Of a stretch of DNA of 64,000 nt, positions 1-13,530 are shown one piece after another (within the stretch, counting starts at the first letter, position 1; each line of letters begins with the position of its first letter). Source of the DNA: the human T2T-CHM13v2.0 reference genome, Homo sapiens. The position numbers were made by a program, and so were the translations under genes. Location: the NCBI RefSeq assembly GCF_009914755.1, contig NC_060929.1. One strand, given 5' to 3'. A model generated the notes under the pieces. The model was not told where the DNA came from. It did no database searches and was given only the letters and a program-made list of their open reading frames with translations.

Positions 1-689
1 CATCTATTGATGGGCACTTAGATTGATTCCATATCTTCACTTCTATGAATAGGGTCATGATACACATGTGAGTTACCCTTCCTGTACATCTTTAAGCATC
101 TGTTATTTTCTATCTTTTTAATAATAACCATTCTAACCACAGTGAGATGATAGCCATTGTGGGTTTGATTGGCATTTCCCTGATTAGTGATGTTAAGCAT
201 TTTTTATATAACTGTTGGCCATTTGCATGTCTACTTTTGAAAAATATGTATTCATGTCCTTTGCTCATTTCTCAATGGGATTATTTTGTTATTTTCTTTT
301 GTTTTTACTACTGAGATGTTTGACTTTCTTGTATATTCTGAATATTAGTCCCTGTTAGAGAAATAATTTGCAAATATTTTTTTCTGATTCAACAGGATGT
401 CTCTTCACTTTATTGAGTGTTTCTTTTGCCATGCAGAAATATTTTAGTTTAATATAGTCTGATTATTCTATTTTTTGTTTTGTCTGTTTGTTGTTGTTGT
501 TGTTGCTTCTTTTTCTTTTTCCTTTTTTTTTTTTTTTTTTTTTGAGACAGTCTCACTCTGTCGCCCAGGCTAGAGTGCAGTGGCATATGATCTCAGCTCA
601 CTGCAACCTCTGCTGCCTGGGTTTAAGTGATTCTCCTGGCTCAGCCTCCTGAGTAGCTGAGATTACAGGCACTTGCCACCGTGCCTGGC

Positions 690-729
<40 letters not shown>

Positions 730-1040
730 GCATTTTTAGTAGAGACGGGGTTTCACCATTTTGGCCAGGCTGGTCTTGAACTCCTGATCTTATGATCCAC
801 CCACCTCGGGCTACCAAAGTGCTGGGATTACAGGCATGGTTGTCTGTACTTTTGAGGTCTTAATATCTTTGCCTAGACCTGTGTCCTGAAGAGTTTTCCT
901 ATTTTTCAAGCAGTTTTATGGTTTCTAGTTTACATTTAAGTTTTCAATCCGTCTTGAGTTGACTTTTGTATACGCTGAGAGATATAGGTGCAGTTTCATT
1001 TTTTTGCTGGATATAATTATCCAGTTTTCTCAGGACGATT
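1..1040 (-). mobile_element. Old L1 (L1MA-type) ORF2 3' region fragment, interrupted by an Alu and cut at ~1040 by a second L1
   Basis: Minus-strand peptides resemble the L1 ORF2 C-terminus (YHLTVVRMVIIKK..NNRC). Typical antisense L1 text such as 'ggtttgattggcatttccctgattagtgatg'. Confidence 0.85.
488..838 (-). mobile_element. AluS-type SINE with (TTG)n expansions in the tail and middle linker
   Basis: Antisense Alu 'gagacagtctcactctgtcgcccaggc...caaagtgctgggattacaggcatg'. (TTG)n at ~690-730. Short TSD 'ttgtctgt' at 480-487 and 840-847. Confidence 0.95.
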
Positions 1041-3805
1041 TTAAAAAATTTATTTTTATTTTTAATTGTTGTGTGTACATAGTAGATATATATATTTATG
1101 GGGTACACGAGATGTTTTGATACAGGCATGCAATGTGAAATAAGCACATCATGGAAAATTGGGTATAAATCCCCTCAAGCACTTGTCTTTTGAGTTACAA
1201 GCAATCTTATTACACTTTTTAAGAAATTTAAAATGTACAATTAAGTTATTATTGACTATAGTCACCCTGTTGTGCTATCAAAGAGTAGGCCTTATTCATT
1301 CTTTCTAACTATTTTTTGTGCCCACTAACCATTCCCTATTCCCTCCCGTAGCCCCCCACTACCATTGCCAGACTCTGGTTACCATACTTCTACTCTCTAT
1401 CTCCATGGGTTCAATTGTTTTAAATTTCAGATACTACACATATGTGAGAACATTCAATGTTCATCTTTCTGTGCCTGGCTTATTTCACTTAACATAATGA
1501 TCTCCAGTTCCATCCACATTGTTCAAAATGACTGTGTCTCATTCTTTTTGTGACTGAATTGTACTCCATTGCGTATATGTACAACATTTTCTTTATCCAT
1601 TCATCCATTGACACTTACGTTGCTTCTAAATCTTAGCTATCGTAAACAGTTCTGCAACAGATATGGTACTGCAGACATCTCTTTGATATACTGATTACCT
1701 TTCCTTTGGGTACATACCCAGCGGTGGGATTGCTGGATCTTATGGTAGCTCTATTTTTAGTTTTTTGAGAAACCTCCAAACTATTCCCCATAGTGGTTGT
1801 ACTAATTTGCATTGCCACCAACAATGTATGTTATTGCCTCTCTTTTGGATATAAGCCATTTTACCTGGGGTAAGATGATATCTCATTGTAGTTTTGATTT
1901 GCATTTCTCTGATGCTCAGTGATATTGAGCACCATTTCATATTCCTGTTGGCCATTTGTATGTCTTCTTTTGAGAAATGTTTATTCAAATCTTTTTGCCC
2001 ATTGTTTGACCGGATTATTAGATTGTTTCCTATAAAGTTGTTTGAGCTCCTTATATATTCTGCTGATTAATCCCTTGTCAGATGGGTAGTTTGCAAATAT
2101 TTTTTCCCATTCTGTGAGTGGTATCTTCACTTCATTGATGGTATCCTTTGCTGTGCAGAAGCTTTCTAACTTGTGATCTCATTTGTCCATTTTTACTTTG
2201 GTTGCCTGTGCTTGTGGGATATTACTCAAGAAATATTTGCCCAGACTGACGTTCTACAGATTTTTCCCAATGTTTTCTTATAGAAGTTTCATGGTTTGAA
2301 GTCCTAGATTTAAGTCTTTGATCAATTTTAATTTGATTTTTGTATATGGTGAGAGACAGGGGTCTAGTTTCTTTCTTTGGCAAATGGATATCCACTTCTC
2401 CCAGCACCATTTAGTGAACAGACTACCTTCTCCCCAGTGTATGTGCTTGGCACTGTTGTTGAAAATGAGTTAACTGTAGATGTATGGATTTCTTTTGGGG
2501 CGCTTTCTTCTGTTCCATTGGTTGTGTCTGTTTTTATGCCAGTACCATGCTGTTTTGGTTACTATAGCTATATAGCATAATTTGAATTCAGGTAATGTGA
2601 TTCCTCCAGTTTTGTGCTTTTTGCTCAGGATAGCTTTGGCTATTCTGGGTCTTTTGTGGTTCACATAAATTGTAGGATTTCCTTCTATTTCTATGAAGCA
2701 AGTCATTGGTATTTTGACAGAGATTGCATTGAATCCGTAAATTGCCTTGGGTAGTATAGACATTTTAAAAATATTGATTCTTCCAATCCATGAACATAAA
2801 ATATCTTTCCTCTTTTTTGGTGTCCTCTTCAATGTTTTTAATCAGTGTTTTATAGTTTTCATTATAGGGATCTTTCACTTCTTTGGTTTAGTTAATTCCT
2901 ACATGTTTAATTTTAGATGTGGCTATTGTAAATGGGATTAGTTTTTGAATTTACTTTTCAGAGTGTTCACTTTTGGCATACAGATATTCTACTGATTTTT
3001 TTATGGTGGTTTTGTATCCTGCAATGTCTCTAAATTTGTTTATCAGTTCTAATAATTTTCCTATAGAGTCTTTAGGTTTTCCAAATACATAATCAGATTA
3101 TCTGCAAACAAGGATAATTTGACTTCTTCCCCTCCAATTTGGATGCCTTTTATATATCTTTCTCCTGTCTGTTTGCTCTTCATTGGATTTCTAATACTAT
3201 GTTGAAAAACAGTCGTGACAACGGGCATCTTTGTCATGTACTAGAACTCAGAAGAAAGGCTTTGAGTTTTGCCCCATTCAGTATACTAGCGTGGTTCTGT
3301 CATAAATGACTTTTATTATGTTAAGGTGGTTTATTCTATCCCCAGTTCTTTGAAGAATTTTATCATGAAAGGATGCTGAATTTTATCAAATCCTTTTTCA
3401 GAATCAATTGAAATGATCCTATGATTTATCCTTTATTCTGTTGATATGATGTATCACATTAATTGATTTGCATATGTTGAATCATTCCTGAATCTCAGGG
3501 ATAAATCTCAGTTTGTCATGATGAATGATTTATCTAATGTATTGTTGAATTTGGTTTGCTAATATTATGCTGAGGATTTTTGCATCAATAGTCATCAGAT
3601 ATATTGGTCTGTAGTTTGTGTGTGTGTGTGTCATTTTCTGGGTTTGGTGTCAGGGTAATAATGGCATCATAAAATAAGTATGGAAGTATTCTTTCCTTCT
3701 CAATTTTTCAGAATAGTTTCAGTAGGACTGGTATTAGTTCTTCTTAGTAGAATTCAGCAGTGAAGCCAATAGGTCCTCAACTTTTCTTTACTGTGAGACT
3801 ATTAT
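1041..3805 (-). mobile_element. L1MA1-3-like LINE, 3' UTR plus degraded 3' half of ORF2
   Basis: T-rich tail at 1041-1065, then an L1MA 3' UTR ('gggtacacgagatgttttgatacaggcatgcaatgtg'). ORF2 fragments [20 protein letters not shown] and YWHKNRH (2470..2832) and [12 protein letters not shown] (1740..1988). Confidence 0.92.
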
Positions 3806-4135
<330 letters not shown>

Positions 4136-4507
4136 GAATGAAACAGCACCAAATAGACAGGTACCAGATTATAATAAGTGCACAACTGGATCTTCAAAGT
4201 TCTTTTTTATGTTGTATATATAAGGAGAACAAATACAGTATAGCTTCTATGAGAAATAAAAGCCAGAAGACAGGACTGTATTTCTAAATTCAGAGAAAGA
4301 TAACTTTGAGTGAAAATTATTAATTGCATACCCATAAAGAATGTTCTAGAAAATTATTTAGTATTTTTGTTAGGTTGCAAAAAGTTAAAGAAATTTACAG
4401 AATAGTATTTTATGTTATATAAATAATTTTATGTTCTATATTTGATCATGCATGTGAGAGAATGGTGTTTATAAATATCACTGGGGATAATTTCCATACT
4501 ATCCATG

Positions 4508-4907
4508 TAATATAGTTTAGATGTGTGTCCCCTCTAAATCTCATGTTAAGATGTATTCCCTAATGTTGGAAGTGGGGCCTGGTGGGAGGTGATTGTATCA
4601 TGGGGGCAGATTCTTCATGGTTTGGTACTGTCCTCCCAATAGTGAGTTCTTATGAAATCTGGTTGTTTAAAAGTGTGTGGCACCTCCACACTTGCTTGCT
4701 CTTGCCTTTCTCATGTGACCTGTCTGCTCCTGCTTTGCCTTCTTGCCATGAATAAAAGCTCCCTGAGGCTTCCCCAGAAGCCAAGCAACTGCCAGTGCCA
4801 TGCTTCCTGTACAGCTTGCAGAACTGTGCAAAAATTAAACTTATATTCTTTACAAATTACCCAGTTTCAGGTATTTATTGATAGCAATGCAAGAATAGCC
4901 TAGACCA
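4508..4907 (+). mobile_element. MSTA-like MaLR solo LTR
   Basis: Matches the MSTA pattern ('ggggcctggtgggaggtgatt', 'ccatgcttcctgtacagc', 'aaattacccagt.tcaggtattt'). 5-bp TSD 'ccatg' at 4503-4507 and 4908-4912. Confidence 0.9.
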
Positions 4908-5090
4908 CCATGCAAAATAGAACTCCCTGGTTCTCTGTAGAATTATAATGTGTAGACCCATTTTCCTGAGTTTCTACCTATCTGTACATCACCTATAATA
5001 TTTACCACACTTGGATCATTTGCTTTGTCCCTAATGCATGGCAACTAACTTATCATAAACAATCAATATAGCATCAATATTGATAAAATA

Positions 5091-5379
5091 GGCCAGATGT
5101 GGTGGCTCACACTTGTAATCCCAGCACTTTAAGAGGTTGAGGCAGGTTGATCACTTGAGCCCAGGAATTCTAGGCCAGACTGGGCAATATGGTGAAACCC
5201 CATCTCTATAAAAAAAAATACAAAAATAAGCTGGGCACGGTGGCACATACCTATAGGCCCAGCTGCTTGGGAGGCTGAGGTAAGAGGATCACTTGAGCAC
5301 AAGAAGTTGAGGCTTCAGTGAGTCTTAATCATATCACTGTACTCCGTCCTTGGCAACAGAGGGACACTCCATCTCAAAA
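5091..5379 (+). mobile_element. AluJ-type SINE
   Basis: J-type diagnostics 'gatcacttgagcccagga' and 'gaggatcacttgagc..aagttgaggct'. Tail decayed into a TA/GA-rich stretch. Confidence 0.93.
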
Positions 5380-5524
5380 TATTTATATCTATATAAATAC
5401 AGATATAGATATTTTATATCTATATATTTTGCATAGATATATAAAGAGAGAGAGAGAAAAGAATCTTCTGTTGCTTCAATGAAAAACTTTCCTTTGAGTG
5501 TGCAAACATCAAGAGATTATGATC

Positions 5525-7210
5525 AATAATCCTAAAATTTATATAGACTTACAAAAGACTCATAATAGCTAAAGCCACCTTCAGCAAAATAACTAAACTG
5601 GAGGAATAATGTATCTTGACTTCAAATTATACTACAGAGCAATTGTAACCAAAACAGCATGGTACTGGCATAAAAACAGACACAAAGACCAATGGAACAG
5701 AATAGAGAATATAATAATAAATCCATACATTTTCAGTGAACTAATTTTCAACAAATGTGCCAAAAACATGTATTAAGGAAAGAGCAGTCCTTTTCATAAA
5801 TTGTACTGGGGAAACTAGATATCCATATACAGAAGAATGATACTAGACCCCTGTCTCTCACCATATATAAAAATCAAATCAAAATAAATTAAAGACATAA
5901 ATCTAAGACCTCAAACTATGTAACTGCTAAAAGAAAACTTTGGGACAACTCTCCAAGATACTGGTCTGGGCAGAGATTTTTTTATTAATACCCCAAAAGC
6001 AAAAGCAACCAAAGAAAAAATGGACAAATGGGATCACACTAAGGTAAAAAGCTTCTGGACAGCAAATAAGTCAATCAACAAAGTCAAGAAACCACCCACA
6101 GGTTGGGAGAAAATATTTGCAAACTACCTATTTTACAAGGGATTAATAACCAGAAAATACAAGGAATTCAAACAGCTTTATAGGAAATAGTCTAATAATC
6201 CAGTCAAACAATAGGCAAAACATTTGAATAAACATTTCTCAGAAGACATACAAATGTCACTTAGACATGTTGAAAGGTGCTCAATATTATTGAGCATCAG
6301 AGAAATGCAGATTAAAACTACTATCAGGTGTCTCAACCCTGTTAATATTAAAAAACAGGCAACAACAAATGCTGGCAAGGATATGGAGAAAAGGGAACCC
6401 TCATGCACCATTGGTGGGAATGCAAATTAGTACAACCATTACGGAGAACAGTTTGGAGGTTCCTCAAAAAACTAAAAGTAAAGCTACCATATGATTTGGC
6501 AATCCCATTGCTGAATATATACCCCAAAAAGAGGAAATTAGTATATTCAAGAGATATCTGCACTCCTATGTTTGCTGGAGCACTGTTCACAATAGCTAAG
6601 ATTTGAAAGCAACCTAAGTGTCTATTAACAGATGAATGGATTAAAAAAATATGGTACATATACACAATAGAGTACTATTCAGCCAGAAAAGAGAACAAGA
6701 ACCTGTCATTTGCAAAAACATAGATAGAACTGGAAGTCACTATGTTAACTAAAATAAGCCAGGCACAGAAAGACAAATATTGCAAGTTCTAGTTCATTTG
6801 TGGGAGGTAAAAATTTAAACAAATGAAGTCATGGACATAGAGAGTAGAATGATGGTTATCAGAGGCTGGGAAGTATAGCGGGGTAGAGGGAAGTGGGAAC
6901 TGTTAATGGGTACATAAACATAGTTAAAACATATAAGATCTGGTAATTGATAATGCAACAAGGTGATTGCAGTCAATGATGATTTGTTGTAAATTTAGAA
7001 ATAACTAAAAGAGTGTAATGGATTGTTGTATCACAAATAAATAATAAATGTTTGAAGTGCTGGATACCCCATTTACCCTAGTGTCATTATTATGTCTTCT
7101 ATGCCTGTATCAAAATATCTCGTGTACCCCATATATATATGTGTGTGTGTGTGTGTGTGTATATATACACATATATATACTTGCTATGTACCCATATTTT
7201 TTAAAAAAGA
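5525..7210 (+). mobile_element. L1MA-type LINE, 5'-truncated (ORF2 C-terminus plus 3' UTR)
   Basis: 'aaaacagcatggtactggcataaaaacagacac'. ORFs 6224..6430 and 6403..6606 encode ORF2 CCHC-region peptides ([11 protein letters not shown]). L1MA 3' UTR ends 'gctatgtaccca'. (TA/TG)n at 7131-7180. Confidence 0.92.
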
Positions 7211-7502
7211 GTATGATTAGAACATTTCTCAGAGTTTCAGTCTTTATGTTCCTGATGATAAGAATATCTAAAATAAGATCTGTGTTAGGAATTGCAGGTC
7301 AAATTATATTATGCCTCTAGGGTAGAGTGAGTTAGAAAATGGGAAATGTGAAGATACAATGTGCTCCTAGACAGTGAATGTAAAAGTGAACAATTTTGCA
7401 TTATTGGTTAATGGCAAAGGAAATTCTAGAACTGAACGTAAATTAAAGAATCTGTAAACCTACTACTGAAACCATGTTATAGTAAATTTATTTGAAAATT
7501 AC

Positions 7503-7580
7503 ATTTTTCTTTTTCTATTTGTATAAATTTAAAGGGTACAAGTGCAGTTTCGTTACATGGATATATTACATAGGAGTTAA
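7503..7580 (-). mobile_element. Short L1 (L1PB-like) 3' end fragment
   Basis: T-rich tail followed by 'gggtacaagtgcagtttcgttacatggatatatt'. Confidence 0.6.
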
Positions 7581-10555
7581 GGCTTGTACAAGGTCAGGGT
7601 TACAATGTTAGATTAATGCATTTTAAGCAGCAGAAATAAGTGTTAGAGATTTGGATCTTTGGAAGTATCTATCAACCTTGTAGTTATTTTCTTCCTTCTG
7701 CCTAAGAGAAAATTGGAGATGGTGAACAATAGAGTTTTGATTGATGCAGTAGTTATCTTTCTTGTTTGACCTCATTTTTTATAAAAAGCTTTTAAACAGA
7801 GACAATTTCTACCACCTGTTCAGATTAGATATCTTTTTGAAAAGGAAAATAAATTGCATGATAACCACAGCATACCCCCACAAAAGCAGTTAGTTACTGA
7901 ACAAGTTGAAGGCAGTTCTCCAATCTGTACATTTCTTAGAAAAATGTTGGCAAACTTCAGCTGTTCCCTCAATTTCATTCTCTAACTTGCATGCTCAATC
8001 TTTGTCATCTTCTCTGAAGGGGCCTTTTCTCAATATATAACCAAAAGAAGAACTAAAATGGAAAATATTTTCTCAAAAGAGGCACCATGAATTGGGGGCA
8101 CTGAGATTGATAACAATTAATCTCAAATGATCCTTCTACATCAAATAAAAGGGATAATGACAAATATAAATGCTCTTCACTGAAGAATAACACTAACTCT
8201 TCTTGGATCTATCTTTGTTTTACATTTCATCTCATCCTATGTCAGGTCAAATCTAGAGAAAGAGCAAGCCACAGTGACAGAGAAACCAACTTCTTTCTAG
8301 AATCTGGAGTTGTCAGAGTTGTTCTAATTCTTGAGTTCTGATTCTTAGTTTTATTAAATTCAAGCCTTGAGGACAGTATCTTTTTTAATCTTAGATCTAG
8401 CAACCAATAACTATAACATCTAGAACACTGACTGAAACACAATTTTTTTTGGCTAAGTTTATGAATCCTTGAAAAGGATGCACAACTGAGCAATTTATTT
8501 ACTTAGCATTGGCTCCTAATATATTATCCTGTTGTGCTTTACAAATAATCAGCTTGGTTCATCCGAGAGAGTATGCGTGGTTGCAGAAACAGAATATGCT
8601 CAAAAGTCTTGCATCCAGAAATTGGTCTCATGAGAATGTGACAGATCTGAATATACTTTCCCCAAATTGAATAGGATGCACCAGAAACTATAGTTTTGTG
8701 TTGAATTTTGCTCACATTTTAATGTAGGTAATATTTAAGAAATGCTCTCATTTGGCTCTTGTAGTTCATTAAGAAATCACATTGAAGGGCAGAGCAAGAT
8801 GGCAGAATAGAAGCCTACACCATTTGTCTCCCAGTAGAAACATGAAATTTTAACAATGATCTGCACACAGAATACCACCATCACAACAACCAAAAATCAC
8901 ATGAGCAATTACAGTACCTGGTTTTAACTTTATATCACTGAAAGAGGCATTGAAGAGGGTAGGGGACAGTCTTGAATCACCAATGCCACCACTCCACTGT
9001 CCTCTAGAAGTGGCTGTATGGTACAGAGAAAGTCTATGCACTCTCAAGGGAGGGAGAGTACAGCGACTAGTAGACTTTACCTCGAAATCAGTGCTGCTCT
9101 GTCATAGCAGAGAACAAAGCATTGTTGGGCCCAGCCAGTGTCCATGCACTGAGGGAGCATTTGGACCAGATCCAGCCACATGGTAATCATCCACCCCTGT
9201 GGTTGGACCTTGAGTTTCTGCAGGCATCAGTACCATAGGCCAAACTGCTCTGTGGTCCTAGGTAAACTTGACAGGCAGTCTAGAATGTAAGGATTGCAAT
9301 TCCTAGTCAACTTCTTGTGCTGGGCCGGGCTTAGAGCCAGTGGACTAGGAAGCACGTGACCTAGAAGGTCACCAGCCAGAGAGGCTAAAGGAGTGCTTGT
9401 GCTATTCCTCCCCCAACCTCAGGCAGTGCAGCCTGAAGCAAAAAAAAAAAAGAAAAGAGAAGAATAAAAGAAAAAAATAGGGACAACTTCCTTCTGCTCT
9501 AGGAGAGGATAGCAAAGAGTAAAAACCATTTTGTATTGCACCTTGAATAGCAGCCCAGCCACAATAAGATAGGAAACTGGGCAAAGTCATGAGGCCCCCA
9601 TTCCAGGCCCAAGGTCACTGACATTTCAAGACACATCCTGGAACGAAAGAGAAACCAGTGCCTTGATGAGAAGGACCAAGTCCTAGCAGGATTCATCACC
9701 TACTGACTAAAGAGCCCTTGGACCCCTAATAACCATCAGCGATACCCAGGTATTATGCCATGGGCCTTGGGCTCTGAGATGTGCTGGCTGTAGGGGTGAC
9801 CTAGCATATGCCCAGCTGTGGTGGCTATGCCGAAAGACTCCTTCTGTTTGAAAGAAGCAAAAGAAAAAGTAAAGGGGACTTTGTCTTGCACCTTAGGTAC
9901 CAGCCTGAACACAGTGGATAGGGCAACAAGCAGGCCCTTGGGGTCCTTAAGTCCAGGCCTAGGCTCTTGGATAGTATTTCTGGACCTGCGATGGGCCAGA
10001 GGAGGGCCAACTGCCCTGAATGGGGAGCCCTTGGCTTTAAGTGAACAACAGTGGTGACCTGGTAAAACCCTCTGTGGGACAGTAGTGGCTGTGGCCACAA
10101 AGAGAGGCTCCTCTGCCTGCAAAAAGGGGAGGCAAAAGCAGACAGGGCTTTGTATTCTGGTTTGAGTGCCAGCTTAGCTGCAGTAGAATAGAATATCAAG
10201 TACATTTGTAAGATTTTTGACACTAATCCCTGACTCCCAGACAGCATTTCTGGACCTGCCTTGGTCCTGGGGGAACTCACTGCTCTGAAGGGTATGATGT
10301 AAACCTGGCTGGCCTCGCTACCTGCTAATTGTAGGGGCCTAGGTAGTAGCCAGATAGTAAACACAGGTGGTAGCAGATAGTGGTTACAGTCTTTTATCCA
10401 AAGATACTAGGCCTTGGGTGAGACTTAGAGCTATGCTACAGGTCTTGGGTGAGATTCAGTTTTGTGCTGGCTTCAGGTCTGACCCAGCACAGTCCCAGTG
10501 GTGTTGGCCACTGGTGTGCTTATGTCACCCCATTCCCAGCTCTAGGTGGGCTTAG

Positions 10556-10559
10556 GGGG

Positions 10560-10593
<34 letters not shown>
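10556..10593. repeat. (GA)n microsatellite in the L1 5' UTR
   Basis: Direct reading. Confidence 0.95.
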
Positions 10594-12590
10594 CTGACTC
10601 TTTGGGAGAATATAAGGGGAAATGAACAAGAGTCTGTCCTGGTAATCAATGCAATTCTTCCAGATCTCATCTAAGGCCACCAAGGTAGTATATCTATGAG
10701 TCTGCAAAAAACATAGCATTATTGGACTTGGGGGCCAAGTCCCTTTGAATACCTGGAAAACTTTCTCAAAAAGGATGAACACAACCAGCCCAGAATCTGA
10801 ACACTACAATAAATTCGTAACTATACAATGCTCAGACACCAATGAATATCTACAAACATCAAGATCATTCAGGAAAACATGACTTCATCCAATGAACCAA
10901 TAAGGCACAAGAGACTAACTGGTGTAACAGAGACATGTAACTTTTTAGACAGATAATTCAAAATAGCTGTTTTGAGGAAACTCAAATAAATTCAAGGTAA
11001 CACAGAGAAGGAATTCAGAGTTCTATCAGGTAAATTTAACAAAGAGATTGAAATAATTTTTAAAAAAGCAGAAATTCCAGTGGCAAAAAATGCAATTAAC
11101 ATACTGAAGAATTCATTAAATTCTCTTAATAGCAGGATTGATCAAGCAGAAGAAAGAATCAGTGAGCTTGAAGACAGGTTATTTGAAAACACAGAGTCAA
11201 AGAAGACAAAAAGAGAAAAAAAATGAAACACACATAAAAATCCAGAAAATGGCATCAAAAGGGTAAATCTGAGTGTTATTGGCCTTAAAGGGGGGTAGAG
11301 AAAGAGATAAGTGTAGAAAGATTATTCAAATGAATAATATCAGAGCACTTCCAAAACCTAGAGAAAGATATTAACATTCAAGTACAAGAAGGTAATAAAA
11401 CACCAAGAAGATTTAACCCAAAAGAAATTACCTCAAAGTCTTTAATAATCCAACTTCCAAAGGTTAAGGACAAAGAAAGTATTCTAAAAGCAGCAAGAAA
11501 AAAGAAATGAATAGCATACGATGGAGCTTCAATACATCTGGTATCAGCCTTTTCATGGTTATCTTACATAACAGGAGAGAGTGGCATGATATATTTAAAT
11601 TGCTGAAGGAAAAAAAATACATACATCATCAATAGTACATCAGGCAAAAATATCCTTCAAGCCTGAAGAAGAAATAAAGACCTTCATAAACAAAAAAAAT
11701 CTGAAGGATTTCCTCACCAGACCTGTCCTACAAAAAAATGCTAAAGGGAGTTCTTCGATGTGAAAGAATAAGATGCTAATGAGCAAGAAGTCATCTGAAG
11801 GTACAAAACCCAATGGTAATAGTAAGCATACAGTAAAACACAGAATATTATAAACTGTAATTGTGGCGTGTAAATTACTTTTACCTTAAGTAGAAAATTT
11901 AAATGATGAACCAATCAAAAATAATAACTTCAACAACTTTTCAAGACATAGACAGTATAATCTGACCTAATGAGGAAAAAAGTTAAAAAGTGAGGGGGAT
12001 GAAATTTAAATATAGAATTTTTATGAGTTTTCTATTACATGTTTGTTTCTTTATGCAATCAGTGTTGTCATCAGTTTAGAATAATAGGTTATAAGATAGT
12101 ATTTGCAAGCCTCATGTTAACCTCAAATCAAAAACATACAAGGGATACATAAAAACACAAAGCGAGGAATCAAATAGTACCACCAGAGAAAAATCACCTT
12201 GACAAAAAGGAAGACATAAAGTAAGGAAAAAAGGAAAAGAAGAACATGAAACAACCAGAAAACAAATAACAAAATGGCAGGAATAAATCTTTATAAATAA
12301 TAACACTGTAAATGGACTAAATTCTCCAATAAAAAGTCATGCAGTGGCTAAATGGATGAAAAAACAAGATACAATGATGTGTTGTCTACAAGAAACACAC
12401 TTCACTTATAAAGAGACAAACAGACTGAAAATAAAGGGATAGAAAAAGATATCCATGCCAAGGGAAATGAAAAAGAGAGCATGAATGTCTATAATTATAT
12501 TAAAAAAATAGATTTCAGGACGAAAACTATAAGAAGAGACAAAATAGGTCATCATATAATGATAAAGGTGTCAAGCAATAGGATATAATG

Positions 12591-12594
<4 letters not shown>

Positions 12595-12631
<37 letters not shown>
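12595..12631. repeat. (TA)n microsatellite
   Basis: Direct reading. Confidence 0.95.
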
Positions 12632-12633
<2 letters not shown>

Positions 12634-13223
12634 AACACTGGATCACCCAGATATATAAAGCAAATATTGCTAGAGCTATAAAGAGGAATTGATCTCAATA
12701 CTACAATAACTAGAGACAACACCCCACTTTCAGCATTGAACAGAACTCCCAGACAGAAAATAAACACTGGACTTAGAATGAAGGGACTAATAGATATTTA
12801 CAGAACATTTCATTCAACAGCTGCAGAATCCACATTCTTCTTAGTACATGGATCCTTCTTAAGGATAGAGCGTATGTTAGGTCACAAAACAAGTCTTAAT
12901 GCATTCAAAAAAATTGAAGTAATACCAAGCATCTTCTCTCACAACAATGGAATAAAACTAGAAGTCAATAACAAGAGGAATTTTGGAAACTATACAAACA
13001 TGTGGAAATTAAACAATGTGTTCCTGAATGATCAGTCGGTCAATGAAGAAATTAAGAAGACATTGAAAAATTTCATGAAACAAATGATAAGGAAAATACA
13101 GCATACTAAAGCCTACGTGAGGCAGCAAGTGCCTACATCAGAAAAGAAAAGAAATACAATATATTACCTAATGATGCATCTTAAAGAATTAGAAAAGCAA
13201 AAGCAAACCAAACCCAAAATTTG

Positions 13224-13530
13224 TGGAAATCATCATTCTCAGCAAACTAACACGGGATCAGAAAACCAAATACCACATGTTCTCACTCATAAGTGGGAGT
13301 TGAACAATGAGAACACATGGACACAGGGAGGGGAACATCCCACACTGGGGCCTGTCAGGGGGTGGGGGGCTAAGGGAGGGATAGCATTAGGAGAAACAGC
13401 TAATGTAGATGATGTGTTGATGGGTTGATGTGTGCAGCAAACCACCATGGCACATGTATACCTGTGTAACAAACCTGCATGTTTTGCACATGTATCCCAG
13501 AATGTAAAGTATAATAAAAAAAAAGAAAGA
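13224..13530 (+). mobile_element. 5'-truncated L1PA7/8-like 3' end nested in the L1MA ORF2
   Basis: 'catcattctcagcaaactaa...gcattaggagaaa..aaccaccatggcacatgtatacct..aaagtataataaaaa'. The host L1 sequence resumes after the tail. Confidence 0.9.

Noticed and set aside
9736-10364. 128-aa and 179-aa antisense ORFs (ORF0-like)
   Set aside because: They lie in the GC-richer old L1 5' UTR, where open frames arise easily, and show no recognisable similarity to primate L1PA ORF0.
12736-13428. 230-aa ORF as a functional endonuclease
   Set aside because: A decayed L1 ORF2 fragment fused by chance to a nested L1PA 3' end. It lacks the N-terminal part of the domain.
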